From the NCBI GenBank assembly GCA_036172245.1, contig JAYWIR010000016.1, forward strand, positions 3,658,001-3,722,000: a stretch of 64,000 bases of DNA. The letters run 5' to 3'. Every line of letters begins with the position of its first letter. Position 1 is the stretch's first letter. Below, piece by piece: positions 26,901 to 39,955 of the stretch. Both the position numbers and the translations under genes were made by a program. The stretch is from Raillietiella orientalis. Its lineage: Eukaryota. The notes beneath the pieces are model-generated. The model had not been told where the DNA came from, made no database searches, and saw only the letters and a program-made list of their open reading frames with translations.

Positions 26901-29900
26901 CCGAGTGAAATCTTCTTAGCCGCTGGATGGCCTTTCCCAGCAAGGCTGGATCCAGCAGGAAAGCCGCTAAACCGGTTGACGCCCGGTGACGCCGGGCCGT
27001 TTATTTGTAAAAGGAAAAAGAAAAGAAACATTCGTGTCTGCGGCAGGTCGTTTGATGCTGCCACGACGTTACTTGTAACTACGGGAATCTCAGCAGAGCT
27101 AAGCAGCACAGGAGTGCCAGGAAGCATCAGCTCAGGCACAGACAGGAGTAAGAGGACGCAGAAACCTTCAGTGCAACTACTGGCAGCAGTGACCGGTAAA
27201 TGATTGGAATCCTCCTGTGAATCGACAACCTCCTTCATCAATAATTCCTGGTTTGAAACAACCTGCCTCCGTACCTGAGAATGCATCAACTCCCCCCCCC
27301 CCCCGTTTCGAACACCGAGGACACACTGAGGGCACCTCGGAGTTTTTGGACGCCATCGTGGGAACAATGCCGCAACCTGATTTGACCCCGTGTCCTTTTG
27401 CTCGACTGACAGAACAACTTCCCCTGAGATGCCGGAGAGATAAAAAAAAAGTCTTTCCGTGTGAGAAATTTGACGATCCTGAGGAAGTCATAATATGGGT
27501 GCTACCAAACCGAGACATCTTCCAGCCTGGATTAGGGAGGGTTTGGACAGAGAAAAGTGCAACGCAAAAGCGGAGAAAGAAAGATCCGTTCAGAACATGG
27601 AGAAACGAAAGAAACTTCGACTTCGAGCTCATATCTTTCTAACCGAAATCTGTGCAGGCTGGCGATGGATCTGATCCTGAACCTCTGGCAATCGTGGAAG
27701 GGCGATTCCGGTAATTCCCGAGTTTCACAGAACCCCTGGACCCTTGCCCCCCCCCCCCCCAACCCCACCTCACCCCGCTCGCGCGTGCACGCTCCATGGC
27801 TTTGGGCTTGGCTCGCGGCAAACAAGACCGCAGGACGGAGGCGACGCGCACGCTGCCCCCACAATCCACCCCATACAAGGTGGCCGGCTCCCCTCCCTCT
27901 CCCTTTTCCGAACGGGGAACCTGAGCGTGAACCAGATGGGTGGAACCTTTGCGTGGATGGACTTCGCTTCGGGGGGTGGTGGGGGGTGGGGAACCCTTCC
28001 CGCAAACCCGTCTTTACGAACTGCGCACGCGCTGACCCCTGGAAGGGGACATTCGATCGTCTTTCGTTGCTCCCGCCGCGCAACCCGCGTGTCTCGTCCG
28101 TGCATTCCGCAAAGGGGGGCAGCAGCAGACGCGCTTCCGGAAGCGTTGGACATCATGGCTTCCGCCTCAGCGTCCTGCGCTGGGGACGAAATACTTCGGG
28201 CCAAATGCCGAACGAGGAATCCTCTGCAGCCTTGCCCTTTTACTTTTCTCCTCGTCCTTTTATCGTCATTAGTCAAGATGCCAAAGCTTTTGGCAGGCGG
28301 CAGTCTTCACTTTCTCCGAACGCACGGACGCTCGCGGCCTCCGTTCTCCAGCTGCTGTAACTCATTTCTGATAAGCCCTCCGGTGCAACCCCTCTTTCCG
28401 GCCCATTTTCCACATGGACGACAACGCGAAGCGCTTCGCCGATCTCGTCTTCACCCTTTCGAGCGCCGTCGGCTCCATGGCAACGACTCAAGGACGGCAC
28501 GGCGGACTCGGTCTTTTCCGTCGACCGTCGGAATGGAAACTGCAATCCGCGAGGTGGGGAATGTGGTTCGGCACCCATGGCCACTTCCCGTTTGACGCGT
28601 TGACGTGCTGACGGCTCCATCCGGTTGCCCGGCTTTCCGGGGCGGCGCGGTTGACGCGGGGAGGCACAGTTCGGGGGGTGCGCGCGCTAGCAACGACGCG
28701 CGGCCCGACGGCGCAAGAGCTGCCACTGCGCGACCGGAAACGACGAAGGTGGCACACGTGGACGAAAACTCCAGAAGGGGCACAACCCTGCCTCGCACAG
28801 GAGAGAAGCGTCGCTCGAGGGCGTTTTTTGGGGATGTTTCATCTTTTTTCGTTCAGGCTTTTTTTTTTCCTTCCCCTTCCTCTTCTTTTTTCGTTTTCGA
28901 AGGCCGGTGGAGACCTCGTGGGAGAGATCGCTGCCGCTGGCCCAGGATGACGAAAGACCCTTTGGGTTCGTCTCGGTCCGCTGCTTTCCTTCCGCCCGTT
29001 CTTTCAGGTTTCCTTTTGGGGGGGAAGGGTCACTGCGTGCTGAAGAACCGTTCGCCTCCTTCGGGGGAGGGGGAGGAGGACTCACGAAGCTCTTCGGCAC
29101 TGTCCACGCCTCCCGAGGGAGCGGGTGACTCTTCAAGTCCTGGAGGGACCACCCCATGAATAAACCAAGGCTCCAAAGGAGGGAGTCCGTTCCGCCTACG
29201 CTTGGTAGGGAATCCCGAGGGGAATCTCGCTCTGGTTGCCTCCGGAGAGACCCCCAGAAAGGATCCGCTCCATTTTCACAACCGGAGGAGATCCCCGAGG
29301 CGAGCCGATTCCGTGATGTCCTGGTAGGACCCCTAAGAGTCGAAGACCAGTCGACGGGGACTTCCGCCAGTGCCGCCGCCGCACCCGAAGCCAACGGAGG
29401 CCCGTGACCATCAACCTGTTGGAGGTGAGGGGTACTCAAAACCCACGAAGCACCCCCCCCTCCCCCATTTCTCTGGCGCCAACCCCCCTTCCCCGGGCGG
29501 GATTCGAACCCGTCACGCCTGATGCGGCGCACGCGGGGAGGCGGCCGCCGACGCGACCGCGTGGCTGCGGCCTGGAATGTGGGCATTCAGGTTTTCCGAA
29601 GGTTCCCGAAAGCGAGTTTTCCGCAAGCCGGGAACACAAGCGGATTTGAGGGTTGGGGTTTCCTGGATGCGCGCATTCCGCTTCTGGAATTTTCGGCCGC
29701 TGACCGAGCAGCGGCCGGAAGTTCCAGAACGTCGACGCGGAAATCAGCCGGCTTCTCCGCTAGCCAGGCATCCGGTCACGGAGATTATGGAGCGAGGCCG
29801 CTGCTTAGCAAGCAATGGTCGCCTCTGAACCGAATGGACCCGTCCCCGGGAGAACCATGCAGCTTCGAGAGGCGGCGAGATGCAGCTGCTACGACTTGTC

Positions 29901-32900
29901 CCAAGGCGAGCTGGAGCAGCTTCGACAAACCGGGACATTCGAGCCATCCCGGTCCTCCGGGCGCGCCGTAGGTTCCCGAGTGAGGGGGGTCCGTTTCGGG
30001 ATTCTGGGTCTGCACGGCCACATTCCTTGTCCCTCCCCCCCGTGCAAACTCTGCAGAGTTCTGCCTCGCCGCGATTTCGTCCATGGCGGTCACCCACGAC
30101 CCCCAGACCCAAGGCCGTGCGATAGAAGAACGGCTTGCTCGCAAGCGCTCCGCCATCATTCTATTACGCGCTCGGAAAGAAGTTTCCGGGCGGAGGCGCG
30201 TCCCCTCCGGAACGCTGCAAAAGGTGCTCCACGGAGAGTGAGCAAAGGGGTGGCGGGAGGATGGGATTCTACGATTCCATAGAGCACGAAAACAGAATGG
30301 ACGACGACCAGGGATGTACATACTCTGTTTCGTGTTCCGTAGAAGCGTAGTTGACAATACATAGAATAGTTATTAGGAAAGCTATTACTGGTCATAGTCA
30401 GTGTTAATCATATATATATATATATATATACACATGACTAACAGTGACTATAACTAATCATATCTATCTATCTATCTGTGTGTGTGATCATATATTAAAG
30501 CCTAGGGCGCCATTTAAAATGCCACACATTGCTGCTGCTCGCTACTCCTTGCTATTATGAACACGGAAGAACCATGGAGGAACCAAGGAGCGACTCGCAA
30601 TGCTTGGGAGAGCGAAATCCTCCAGGCATTCTCGGAAAGAATGCCTTGGGTTGCTACTATGTATGAATCTGGCAGCGCACCGGAAGCTGCTACACCGAAG
30701 CAGGAGGAAGAAAAGCGGGAAGAGCTGCTGTCACTGTTTTTTTCTTCTTCTTTTATCGACTTTCGAGCAGCGGTGCTTGGAGAGAGGTGTCGGCGACGGC
30801 GGTGGAACAGAGGACCGCAAGAGACGCTCCGGAGTCCAAATCCTTCAGCGACCAACGATATAGATAGAACCCGAGGCAACCCTTCCCCGTTGAGGACGGC
30901 GGCAAAAAGCCGCGATGAAATCCGCTAATGCCGTGCATTAATGCCTTGCATTGGATACGAACGGAACGTACGAGACCGAACGACAGGCAACTGGCTTGGA
31001 TCCCACGATTTCAGGGTCCCCTCTGAGCATCCAAAAGTTCTCTTTCAGGAGTGAGGATGCGCGTTCCGACCGATACACAGACACGCCCGCTCGGGGGGGG
31101 AGGGGAGGGGAAGAAGGCAGCTGCAAAAATTTACCGTTTTCGAAATAATAAGACGTCTCGTTGTATCTTTCGTCGCTGAAACCTGGTCTCTTCAGCTTCA
31201 CTGATTTGGCATTGTATTTGACCTGGAAGGAAGAGCAAAGAGATACACTGGTTGGCCACAGTTGCGTGGAGGCTGTTCCGGAGCGCAACAGCGTACATTG
31301 CAAGTCTCGCATACTGTACGGTGCTACTGTACGTAGCTAATCGCCGAGTACAAGCGAATCGGATTTCCGCGACCGCTGTGCTTTCCCGGAGACGTGGCGC
31401 GGATGCTTTCCGCTTAGCTTTCGTTGTTCTTCCGGCAGCTCCAATGCGCGCTTCCCAGCGTTTTCCCTCCAGTCCTGGATGCCGCTCCGAGCTGCACTTC
31501 CGGACGGGAACCAGCAGCGGGAGGGGAAGCCCCGCAGAAATGGAAAAGGCCTCTCTCTGGATGGAGGTGAAGATCACAGGAGAGTGGTACCGGACCTGCG
31601 CGCGCGCACACACACACAAAGAGAGCCTACAAAGACAAAATTCTTTTCCCGGGAGATTTTTCTTCTCGCCACCATTTGTTTCACCTGCCGGCGCACCTTC
31701 TCCACCGTTCGGAAATGAACTTTATTTACTACGCAGCAGTTCCTCTTCACGCTCCTACCGATGTGGCATCCTTTCGTGTGTGCAAATGCTTCATCTGCAA
31801 TTTGCTTCGGGGAGCAGTTCCAGGAAGTTTGACCTCGGATGGAGCAAGCGCGAAGACCGTCGTAGGGGGGAGCCCCGACGCGTCGAGATTCCTCATCACC
31901 CCTTTGGCTGGATGCTCTCCTTGCAGAGGGTATCCGACCGGAAACGGTTGCGGTTGCGAAAACGCCATGGGAGTGGCGCGGCAGCATCTGCATCCGAAAA
32001 GACAAGACGAAATTCCTACAAGCGGATCCTTTCCGGGTTCCCTTCGGAGAAGTTGAAATGGAGAGGACAGCCCTCCCCCATTACGGGGGGTGTCCCTCCG
32101 GAGAGAATGAGGAAGGAGATTCCCTTCGGAGACAACCAGGGTGGGAGGTGCGATCCCCACCGTCCGGTGGGGATCCCTCCCCAAGCGTGAGAGGAACGGA
32201 CTCCGAGCCCTTCCTGGATTCATAGGGCGGACCCCCATCCCGGGGTGCCCCCTATCCTGAAGAATTGCACGCCCCCTGCGGGTTGCCGCGGGCAGAGAGG
32301 CGTGGAAACAAAACCGTGTGTTTAATGTTTAAAAAGAGCCACGTGCGCCGCGAGGCACGCGACCGGCTGTTGAGGTTACGTAGCGAACCAAAAAAAAACT
32401 CTTGAAAAAAAAAAAAGCTGAAAGGAAAACAGCGAAGACAGAAGAAAAAAGAAAGAACCCAAGGATTTCCATCGTCCTAGGCCAATAGCAACGATCTCCT
32501 CGTGGGGGTCGCCACTGGCCTTATAAAAAAAAAAAAAAAAAGACAAGACGAGGTCAGTTCGTTGTTCTCGAAGACTCAAAGCTTTCCTGCACCAAAGCCG
32601 CCGCGCGTCAACTCCGACACTACCCCCGTACACGCCCTCGCAACTCTGGTCTCCTGCGTAGGTCACCTGAATCCCTCCCCTCCCCCCGGAGCAGTGGGTT
32701 GATCAGACAGCCGAGTGCGAACAGGAGGATACAACAACGTGCCTTCTTGCGGGGAACGCGCGCAGGCAGAGCGGCCTTCCGGCACGGGGCGAGACCGGAA
32801 GACCACGCGCACGGGTAGGCGCGTCGCCAGCGGCAACGCCGCGGACGAAAGAAGCAGAGACCGGATGAGGAAGGCGCGGAGAGGGGATCCAAGGAGACCC

Positions 32901-34763
32901 AGCCTGAAAAATGGAGAAGCGATACGTGCAAATCGCTCCTAACCTATCAATTAAAGCTCGTCACGTGCCCACGAGGCTGACAATGAGTTATTCATAGAAC
33001 ATTCAAAATAGATCGCTTCACTAATGAGGAAGGAACCTTCCATCAGGCATTATTTCCACGAAACAGACTGCCAAGATCGTCGAGCTACAAGACGGGAAAT
33101 GTGCAATCATCAGGGAGAGAGGGACTCCGCCTTGTCATTTCTTCGACACAGTGCAAACACACGCACAAATACTGTACTGACCTTTTTCGCTTCTCGTTCC
33201 GCTTCGATTCCATTCTTCCGTTTCCCCAGCAACGGGGATATCTGCTGGTTCTCGGCAGCCAGAAGCGAATTGAAAGAATTCGACAGTATGGGGAGTGGCA
33301 CCTGAAAGCAGCAGAGATGGAGACAGGTGATTCCCCGCGAGGAGGAGGAAAAGACATTCGGACGTGGGTGCGATCTTCCGCCCAGCACCCTCGAGGAAGG
33401 AAAAGCAAGGAGCAAGGCGCGTCTCGGTTCGCCGACAAGAGGTGGGAACGCCGCCTCGGAGCAGAAGGTCGAAGGTCGTTCTCGTGGCGTGCACGGAACA
33501 AGGCGACGCTGCAAACAGGCGCGTTGCGTAGGGGAGCGGAAGACGAGCAGCGGGGCTTCGGTCGGCTCTCTTCGTGCTTCCAGCACGGGGAAAGAATTGA
33601 GGCTAATTAGAATTTCTGGAGCGCAGCCAGAGATGTAATCACGCGCGCTCTTGCGTTTCCGTCTGCGCGGCCCATCTTCGGGGCTTCCCCCCTTTTCTTT
33701 TTTTTTTTTCTTCTTTCCGTGGAAGGCATAATAGCGCCATTGGAAATAGTAAACACAAGGTAATTCATGTGAGTCGAGGGACGGTGCCGAAGAAGGCAGC
33801 CGGTGCGGAAGCTGCTCCCGGAAGCGTGCCTGTTGGTGGCGTGCGTGTGCACCGCCCCATGGCGCAGACTACCGCCTCTCGTCCAGGAAGCCAGACGGAA
33901 GGAGCACTTCTGTGTAACGACGCGCCCGCGTCTCGGGCGCTGCCGAGAAGCTGACGGCGCCCAGATTTGCCGAGCGCAGGACGCGGATCCGCTGCCATGG
34001 AAACTTCTGCACTCTGGAAGGGTTCGGCTCTTTGCCCGGGAGGCTCCCCCCCCCCCTCCCTCCCTCCTTCCAGGCAAAGAGCGGGCGGGGAGAAGACTTC
34101 AAGCGTGGCAGCATCCACCTCCGGCGGCAGGACGGGAGGGCGGGTGACGGATTCGCGTGACAAGAGTTCGACCCGAGATTCTCGTCCCTGCTCGTGGCTC
34201 GGCAACCATGGCTTCCGGTGGCAACGCGGAGCTGCTCCTTGGGTGGCTGCACACGACTCCCCGATGCCCCCAGCTGCCGCGCGCCCTTGGTCCTTCCCAG
34301 GAGCCTCTCCGGACGGACGGCGAGCGAAGATTCGCCCTCGCACCTCTTCGCGCCAGAAGGAGGACGCGTTGTCGCGCGCCACCTTGCGAAGTCCCGCGAT
34401 CCCGGGTCCTGCGACGAGTTCCCACCTCGACCTTCCGCGTGACCCGCGGGGAACCGGGACGTGCAGGGAAGGAATCGCGAGCGTCCCAACCCTTCCCGCT
34501 CGTCCGCGTGCTCTTCGCGTAAACGTCAGGGGGAAGGGAGGGACCGAAAGAGCTCTCGATGACAGCCAGCCGGCGGCGAAAGAGAGGCGAGGGGGGGTTG
34601 CGTAGCCGCCGTCCGAGTCCACGGAACCGCGATTGACACTCGTGTATACACACACACGTGCGTGCAGGGCGTGCGCGCGCGCGTCCTGCTCGCACTTCGA
34701 CGAGACCGCACTTACCTGCCACTCATAAGAAGGAAGGAGATAGTGATAAAGGGAGTTGATCAT
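13406..34763 (-). CDS. RPUSD2: RluA-family RNA pseudouridine synthase, RPUSD2 / Drosophila RluA-like (9 coding exons, ~426 aa)
   Basis: Exons 5'->3': 34763-34716 (tentative first exon, MINSLYHYLLPSYEWQ|gtaagt), 31222-31135, 22950-22829, 22728-22628, 17153-17066, 14380-14160, 14114-13924, 13873-13518, 13471-13406; total 1281 nt in frame. Motifs: ETSYYFENGLRKVQPYYFTF, VVVDKPASIPVHPCGRY, catalytic [34 protein letters not shown], YLHA. The first exon is less certain than the rest. Confidence 0.93.
14907..14944. repeat. (TG)n microsatellite
   Basis: Read directly from the sequence. Confidence 0.95.
21988..22462. repeat. Degenerate (TAGA/TATA/TACA)n low-complexity tract
   Basis: Read directly; it generates the Y/I/L-rich spurious ORFs at 22063-22581. 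Confidence 0.9.
28870..29575 (-). mobile_element. Diverged copy 3 of the same family, with a tRNA-like head (putative full-length SINE)
   Basis: Minus strand: A-box-like CAGCCACGCGG (29567-29557) and B box GGTTCGAATCC (29510-29500) in a T-arm stem. The body shares GAGCGGATCCTTTC and CCAAGCGT..GGAACGGACTCC with copies 1/2. The 3' end GAACCCAA..TCCTGGGCCA..CGATCTC..GGTCTCCACCGGCCTT aligns with 32455-32522 and is followed by an A-rich tail. Confidence 0.65.
32011..32537 (+). mobile_element. Retroposon (SINE-like) family copy 2, 5'-truncated, with poly(A) tail and target-site duplication
   Basis: AAAAGACAAGACGA occurs at 31997-32010 and 32538-32551, the second directly after an A run starting at 32525. 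The body matches copy 1. Confidence 0.88.
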
Positions 34764-36224
34764 TTCTGGAACACTCGGGCAGCAGAGGAGGCGGACTTTA
34801 GCGAGGCGAGCGGGGCGTACACGAGGCGAACCTCAGCCGTACGCTTCATCCTTGGCAATTCGAACCGTCCTTCGAGTTGTACACGCCTCGGGTACTCAGC
34901 CGGCTGCGGGCTTCCGCCCCGGTGGCTCTGCCACGTTCGTCGTCTTCGGGATCCCCGAAGAGGCGCTCTCGGCTGCACTGATTTCTATGAATGACTGAAC
35001 GTTCAGAGGGGAGATCAAGGAGGAACGCCGGGAAAGGCAGGGAGACCCCACGTCTGAAGCTCGATCCCGTCTCGGGAACGCTCGCGGACTCGACACACAC
35101 GCGCTCGCTCGGCGGTGGATCGAAAGCGTGCTCGCCCACGTTCTCCGGGAGGCGGAAGGGGAGGCACGCGAAGGGCTGGGGGGCGCCGGTGCCGCCTGCC
35201 TTGTTCGACCGGTCGCAACCGTCCGCAGGCCGGGGGGGGGGGGGAACGGAGGGCGGGATTTTTTTCCTGGACGTCTGTCGCATCCTGCCGTGCCGGACGA
35301 GGATGGGGAAAATGGAAAAAGGAAACGAAGGAGAAAACACGGAAGTTTTCATCCCTCCCACTCCCCATTTTTTTACCACCGGTCAACGCGCCGGACGCGC
35401 GGGGAAGGCAACCGAACGTGATGGAACGAAATTGGAAAGCTTCTAAAAAAATAGATCCGCAACCGGGCAGTCGGCCGAAATGGAGAATTCCTCGGTGGAT
35501 TTTGCGGTCGAATGGCAACCTGTGGAGAATGAAAACGAAAAAGAGAGAGAGGGACCACGACCGGCATGCTGGCCAGCTAGGGACGGGCCGAGCGTCCCTG
35601 TCGCTCTTCAGCGTTTTCTGCTTTCCTTTTGTCGTCCGGGGAGCAGATCAAGAGATCAACTCGAGTACTCAGTCTAAGGACGGGAACTTCGCCGAATCTC
35701 TCTCCATCTTCCTCCCAAGCAGTCGTTCCTCACCTCTCCCGGGAGAGCTACCGCGCGGAACGCTCCCGGAAGAGCGGACGGCCACACCTTCCTCTCCCGT
35801 GGTTCGCGCGGCACGCAGACGAATCGCCGCAGAGGTCGCGAGCGAGCGTCGAGCTGGCAGGTGAAGGAGACAAGGCCCGGGCGCCGCGAAACGCTCGTAA
35901 ACACGAAGAGGAGGGGTAGAAGGGGGTCCCTCCCCTCCCAACCCTTCCGCGTGCTCGGGGGGAGACCGCGCTAAGTGACCAGAAGCGCCCGTCTCGCTCG
36001 GCGGCCCTGCGGCTCTCGCGCGCCACGGGACGGACTCTCGGGAAGGGACTGGTCCGTGCCCCATCAATCGGGGACACATATATATATGCATGTATCCGTC
36101 CCCTCCCCCCCCCCCATGAAATGGACCGCTAAAACCGACTACCGAACGGGGAAGGTCGGTTCCTCGCTACTGGCAGCCCTGCACCGCTGCCGGTCAAAAC
36201 CCCGAGAGATCATCAAAAATGAAC

Positions 36225-36569
36225 GTATAAACGTATGCATCGATATTTACAGATAACATAGATATGTGTGTATGAATATAAATATGTACTTTCATATATT
36301 TATATACACGATAGATTATACGCTCATTACATATGCCAACATATGTATATGCACACACACACATATACATATTAATATTACCGTGAATATATATATATTC
36401 CTATATACATGTACACACATATATACCTTTATACATATGTGCGTGTGTAAATACATATATACACACATATATGATGAGCATGTACATTTGTTGCATATAT
36501 ATGTATATATAATACATTTTTATATCCACACACACGCACACACATGTATATAAGTAGATATTTAACATA

Positions 36570-36600
<31 letters not shown>

Positions 36601-36670
36601 ATAAATATATATATATGTCTCAATTTACATAATAAGCATATACAAATCTCCATATAAGTACGTATATCAA
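36225..36670. repeat. Degenerate (TA/CA/TG)n low-complexity tract
   Basis: Read directly from the sequence. Confidence 0.9.
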
Positions 36671-39600
36671 TGCAGACAATAAGCATAGTGTATTCATTTT
36701 TTATAATCTTTATTATGCGTATCAACAAGATAATGAACAACTTATTACTTATATCAATGGAATGTATGTCGGCGAATCCTAATGAACACATCCAATGCTA
36801 CTACTGTTAATAATAATCCGTATGCTAATAAACACGAATAACTGCGCGTGCCAACGCAGAAGAAGACGCGCGTCCATCTTTCGCGATTGTTGTGGACTTG
36901 GGGCGGCAGCGGAGCAGGGCTGCCAGCACCAGTCAGCGACTCGAACCGGCCCCCCCGTCCGGTAGTCGCTTGCAGAGGCCCTTTTCACGGGGAAAAGGAG
37001 CGGATACGTATGTGTGTGTATATATTAATGTACTCAGTAAGCACAAATGTGCGTGTTGATTTTTCGCGATCGTTCGGGAGTGTGAGCGTCCCCAGGCCCC
37101 TGGAGGGCAACACGCAGTTCGCTCTCCGCGTGCGCAAGTGGTGAGCCTTCGTGAAGAAGGGTGCGGCCGAGACCCATCGGCATGGGGTCGTTTCCAGGAC
37201 GGACACACCCATCCTCCCCTCGGCCCAGTAGCGGGACTCCGTCCGTCCGTCCGCGCGCGCGCGCGATCCACTTGGAAGGGCTGCGGCGCGGGTGACTCCG
37301 CGACCCTCGCCAAACGCCGGCGTCCCGTCGGCACGGCTCCTTCCGGCCGCTTTCCTTTCAGATCCCGGAAGCGGCAGGCGGGAACGAAACCGAGGCCGCC
37401 CGGGCCCCGGGGGACTCATCATCGCTCCCGGGACTCGGCCCCCTCCCTCACGCCGCCGGCGTCCCATCCGGCCCTCAACGGAGCAACGTTGCTCCGTGCG
37501 GGAGCCGTCGGAGGCGAGAAGAAGCGAAGCCTCCGGCCCGAGATGATTGCCCCGTCGTTCCTGCAGGCACCCTGGGACCACTCTGTCCCGATCTCGCATT
37601 CCAGGGGAGCCGTCGGCGAAGAGCCGCTCCAAGGTGACGGAGGTTGCGCGCGCCGCTTGGGCCCCACGAAGACCTCGCTTGGTCTCCCTTCGGCTGGCGC
37701 GCGTGAAGCGAAGGGTCGAGAGCGAGACTACCCGACATCCCCCGTGGTCCGTCCCGCGCAGAGCGACAGAGGCCTGCAGGCTCCTGGCGTGACCTCCCTC
37801 CACCCTTTCCCCCCCGGCAAGACGCCGCTCGTGCTACCGGACACGCGGCGGGCCCGGGGTCCTCGTCGCCAGGCTCGCCGGCCGATTGCGTTACAGCCTG
37901 CTCGCATGACCTCAGCAGCCCGTCGACGGAGGAGGCTGCTTTCGGCAAATGCATCAGGCCGAAAAGAAGGGGCCACCACCTTCCGTACCGTGCGAGGAAT
38001 TGCCTGCGGAGTCCATTCCAAAGCTACCCCGCGCAAAAGAAGTCGACCGAAGCTCCGCAAGAAGCAGAGAGTGCTGTTGCGTCCCCCAGGATGAACAGGG
38101 GAGGCGGGAGGCCAAGCCCGGTGACCGTCTGCGGAGGAGCGAGGGCGGGCGACGGGAAGCGAAGGGGCGACACCACAGTCCGGGCGGGGGAGGGAGGGGG
38201 GAGCGAAACGCGGCGGAACCAACGACGGATGGCACACGCTGACCCGGCGCCACCGCGGAAGGACGGGAACACAGGATCCGCGCTGACCTGGCGCGCGCGG
38301 GCCCGAAGGCGGGAGATGAAGCCGCGTAATCGTTGGGCGGCTGATCGCAAGTCTGTCCGCCTGGAAACCCGAAAGCGACCGGATCAGAAGTGCGCGCGCG
38401 GGGGGAGAGAAGGGGGGGGGGAGAGAACAAAATAGCGTGTTCCCATCCTGTTCGCAGGAGGGGAGGGGGAGGCGCGACCTGTCTGGCGCATCAGCTCCGG
38501 CACGTGCACGCGAGGAAGGTACCAAAGGCACAGCAGCGGTCTGACTCGAGAAGAGTCCTGCGCGCACCGCGAGGTCGCGGAGTGGTTCTCCCGACCTGCC
38601 CTCTGTATCCCGTTGGATCCCACCTGAGCGAAACCGGTCGACCCGTCGTCCGCAGCGCCGGGAACGACTGCTCTGCGATACCGCAGGCAAAGAGCAGGTC
38701 GCGCGCAAGAGGCAAGCGTAAATCACGCGTCTCGGGAACTCGTCTCCTGGCCGCTGAGGCGAAGGAGAGGAGCCTAAAAATAGAAACGGCAACATGGACG
38801 CCCGTCTACCATCACCTGGGGAACGAGCAGAAAACTCGCCGCGAGGCGAAGGACGCGTGCGGGGAGACGGGAGGCTCCCGGGATCCGCCTTCCCTCCCTG
38901 CACGCCCAAACCACCGCCGGGGCCGCCCCCCTCCTTCGCGCTCAGAGGACGGACGGTGGCGGTGCCACCATTTGCGCGCGAAAGACGAGACGGCGCCCTT
39001 GGAGGAAGAACCCCTGGGAGAGGTCTGCTTTCCCGAGAAAGCAGGCAGCGACCACTTGCGGAAAATTCCCGTTCGACTCTCCTATTCCCCACGAAGGAGC
39101 GGCGAACCGTTCGCGAGGGTTACCCGCGGATACAGCGCGTCGCCAGGGAAACGGACGTCGTTCGCCTCTCCCAGCACAGTTCCAGGAAGGCCGGATCCCC
39201 TTGGTCCGCCTGTGCATCTAGCGCACCAACCACCCGCTACCGAATCATGGGTGACTTTTCTGGGCCAAGGCTCCTCCTGCCATCCAACCGCACTCCCCTT
39301 CAGGTCACCTGTAAACTGTGTGTATAAGCAGGAATGGAAAGGTCACAGCAAACGGACGTCTCCTGACACCTTCCGGGAAACAGGACGAATTCGTGGGATC
39401 CGTGAATCAGTTTTGAATAGATCGTCTCCGCTCCGTAGAGAAAAAAAAGTGGCATTCTCTTTTTTTCCTGCATTCAAAAAAAAAAAAAGCCAAGCTAAAG
39501 CAAACTTTGGAAAGTCCTTCAAAGGACCAAGAAAAGCGTTTCAGGAATATTTACGACTAGTTTTTGGCATCTGCTGTCATAACTCTGATTGAAACGTTCG

Positions 39601-39955
39601 CTGTTTACCGATCAGAGAGAAGAGTGGATGCTGCAGAGACGGCCAACTTCTGCTCGCAAATCGCACAAACGCTGCAAACGGAGCGCTCGCCTACCGCGAA
39701 ACCGTGTTTTCCGAAAAAACAGGTTGCCAGGGAACGGCAAACATCCCTCAATTGCCTAGAGCAACCACGCGGCAGGAGAATTTTGAAGGGCACAAATGGT
39801 ACTTGCGTCCAGCAAAAAAGAAAGGAGAAAGAAGAAGAAAAAAAAAAACATTTGCGGTCAACTGCAGTGGACGAGAACTGAATTCTTTCAGCGACTTTTT
39901 TAAGGCATCGAGATCCCTGTGCCGCGTGCATCGACAGAAGGCGAGCGTTCTTGAG

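Noticed and set aside
29490..29575. Functional tRNA gene
   Set aside because: The B box and T-arm are present, but there is no clean acceptor or anticodon stem; treated as a SINE head.
37138..39592. ORFs of 318-454 aa, and similar ORFs throughout 15-43 kb
   Set aside because: Same GC-driven scarcity of stop codons; no motifs and no consistent splice structure.
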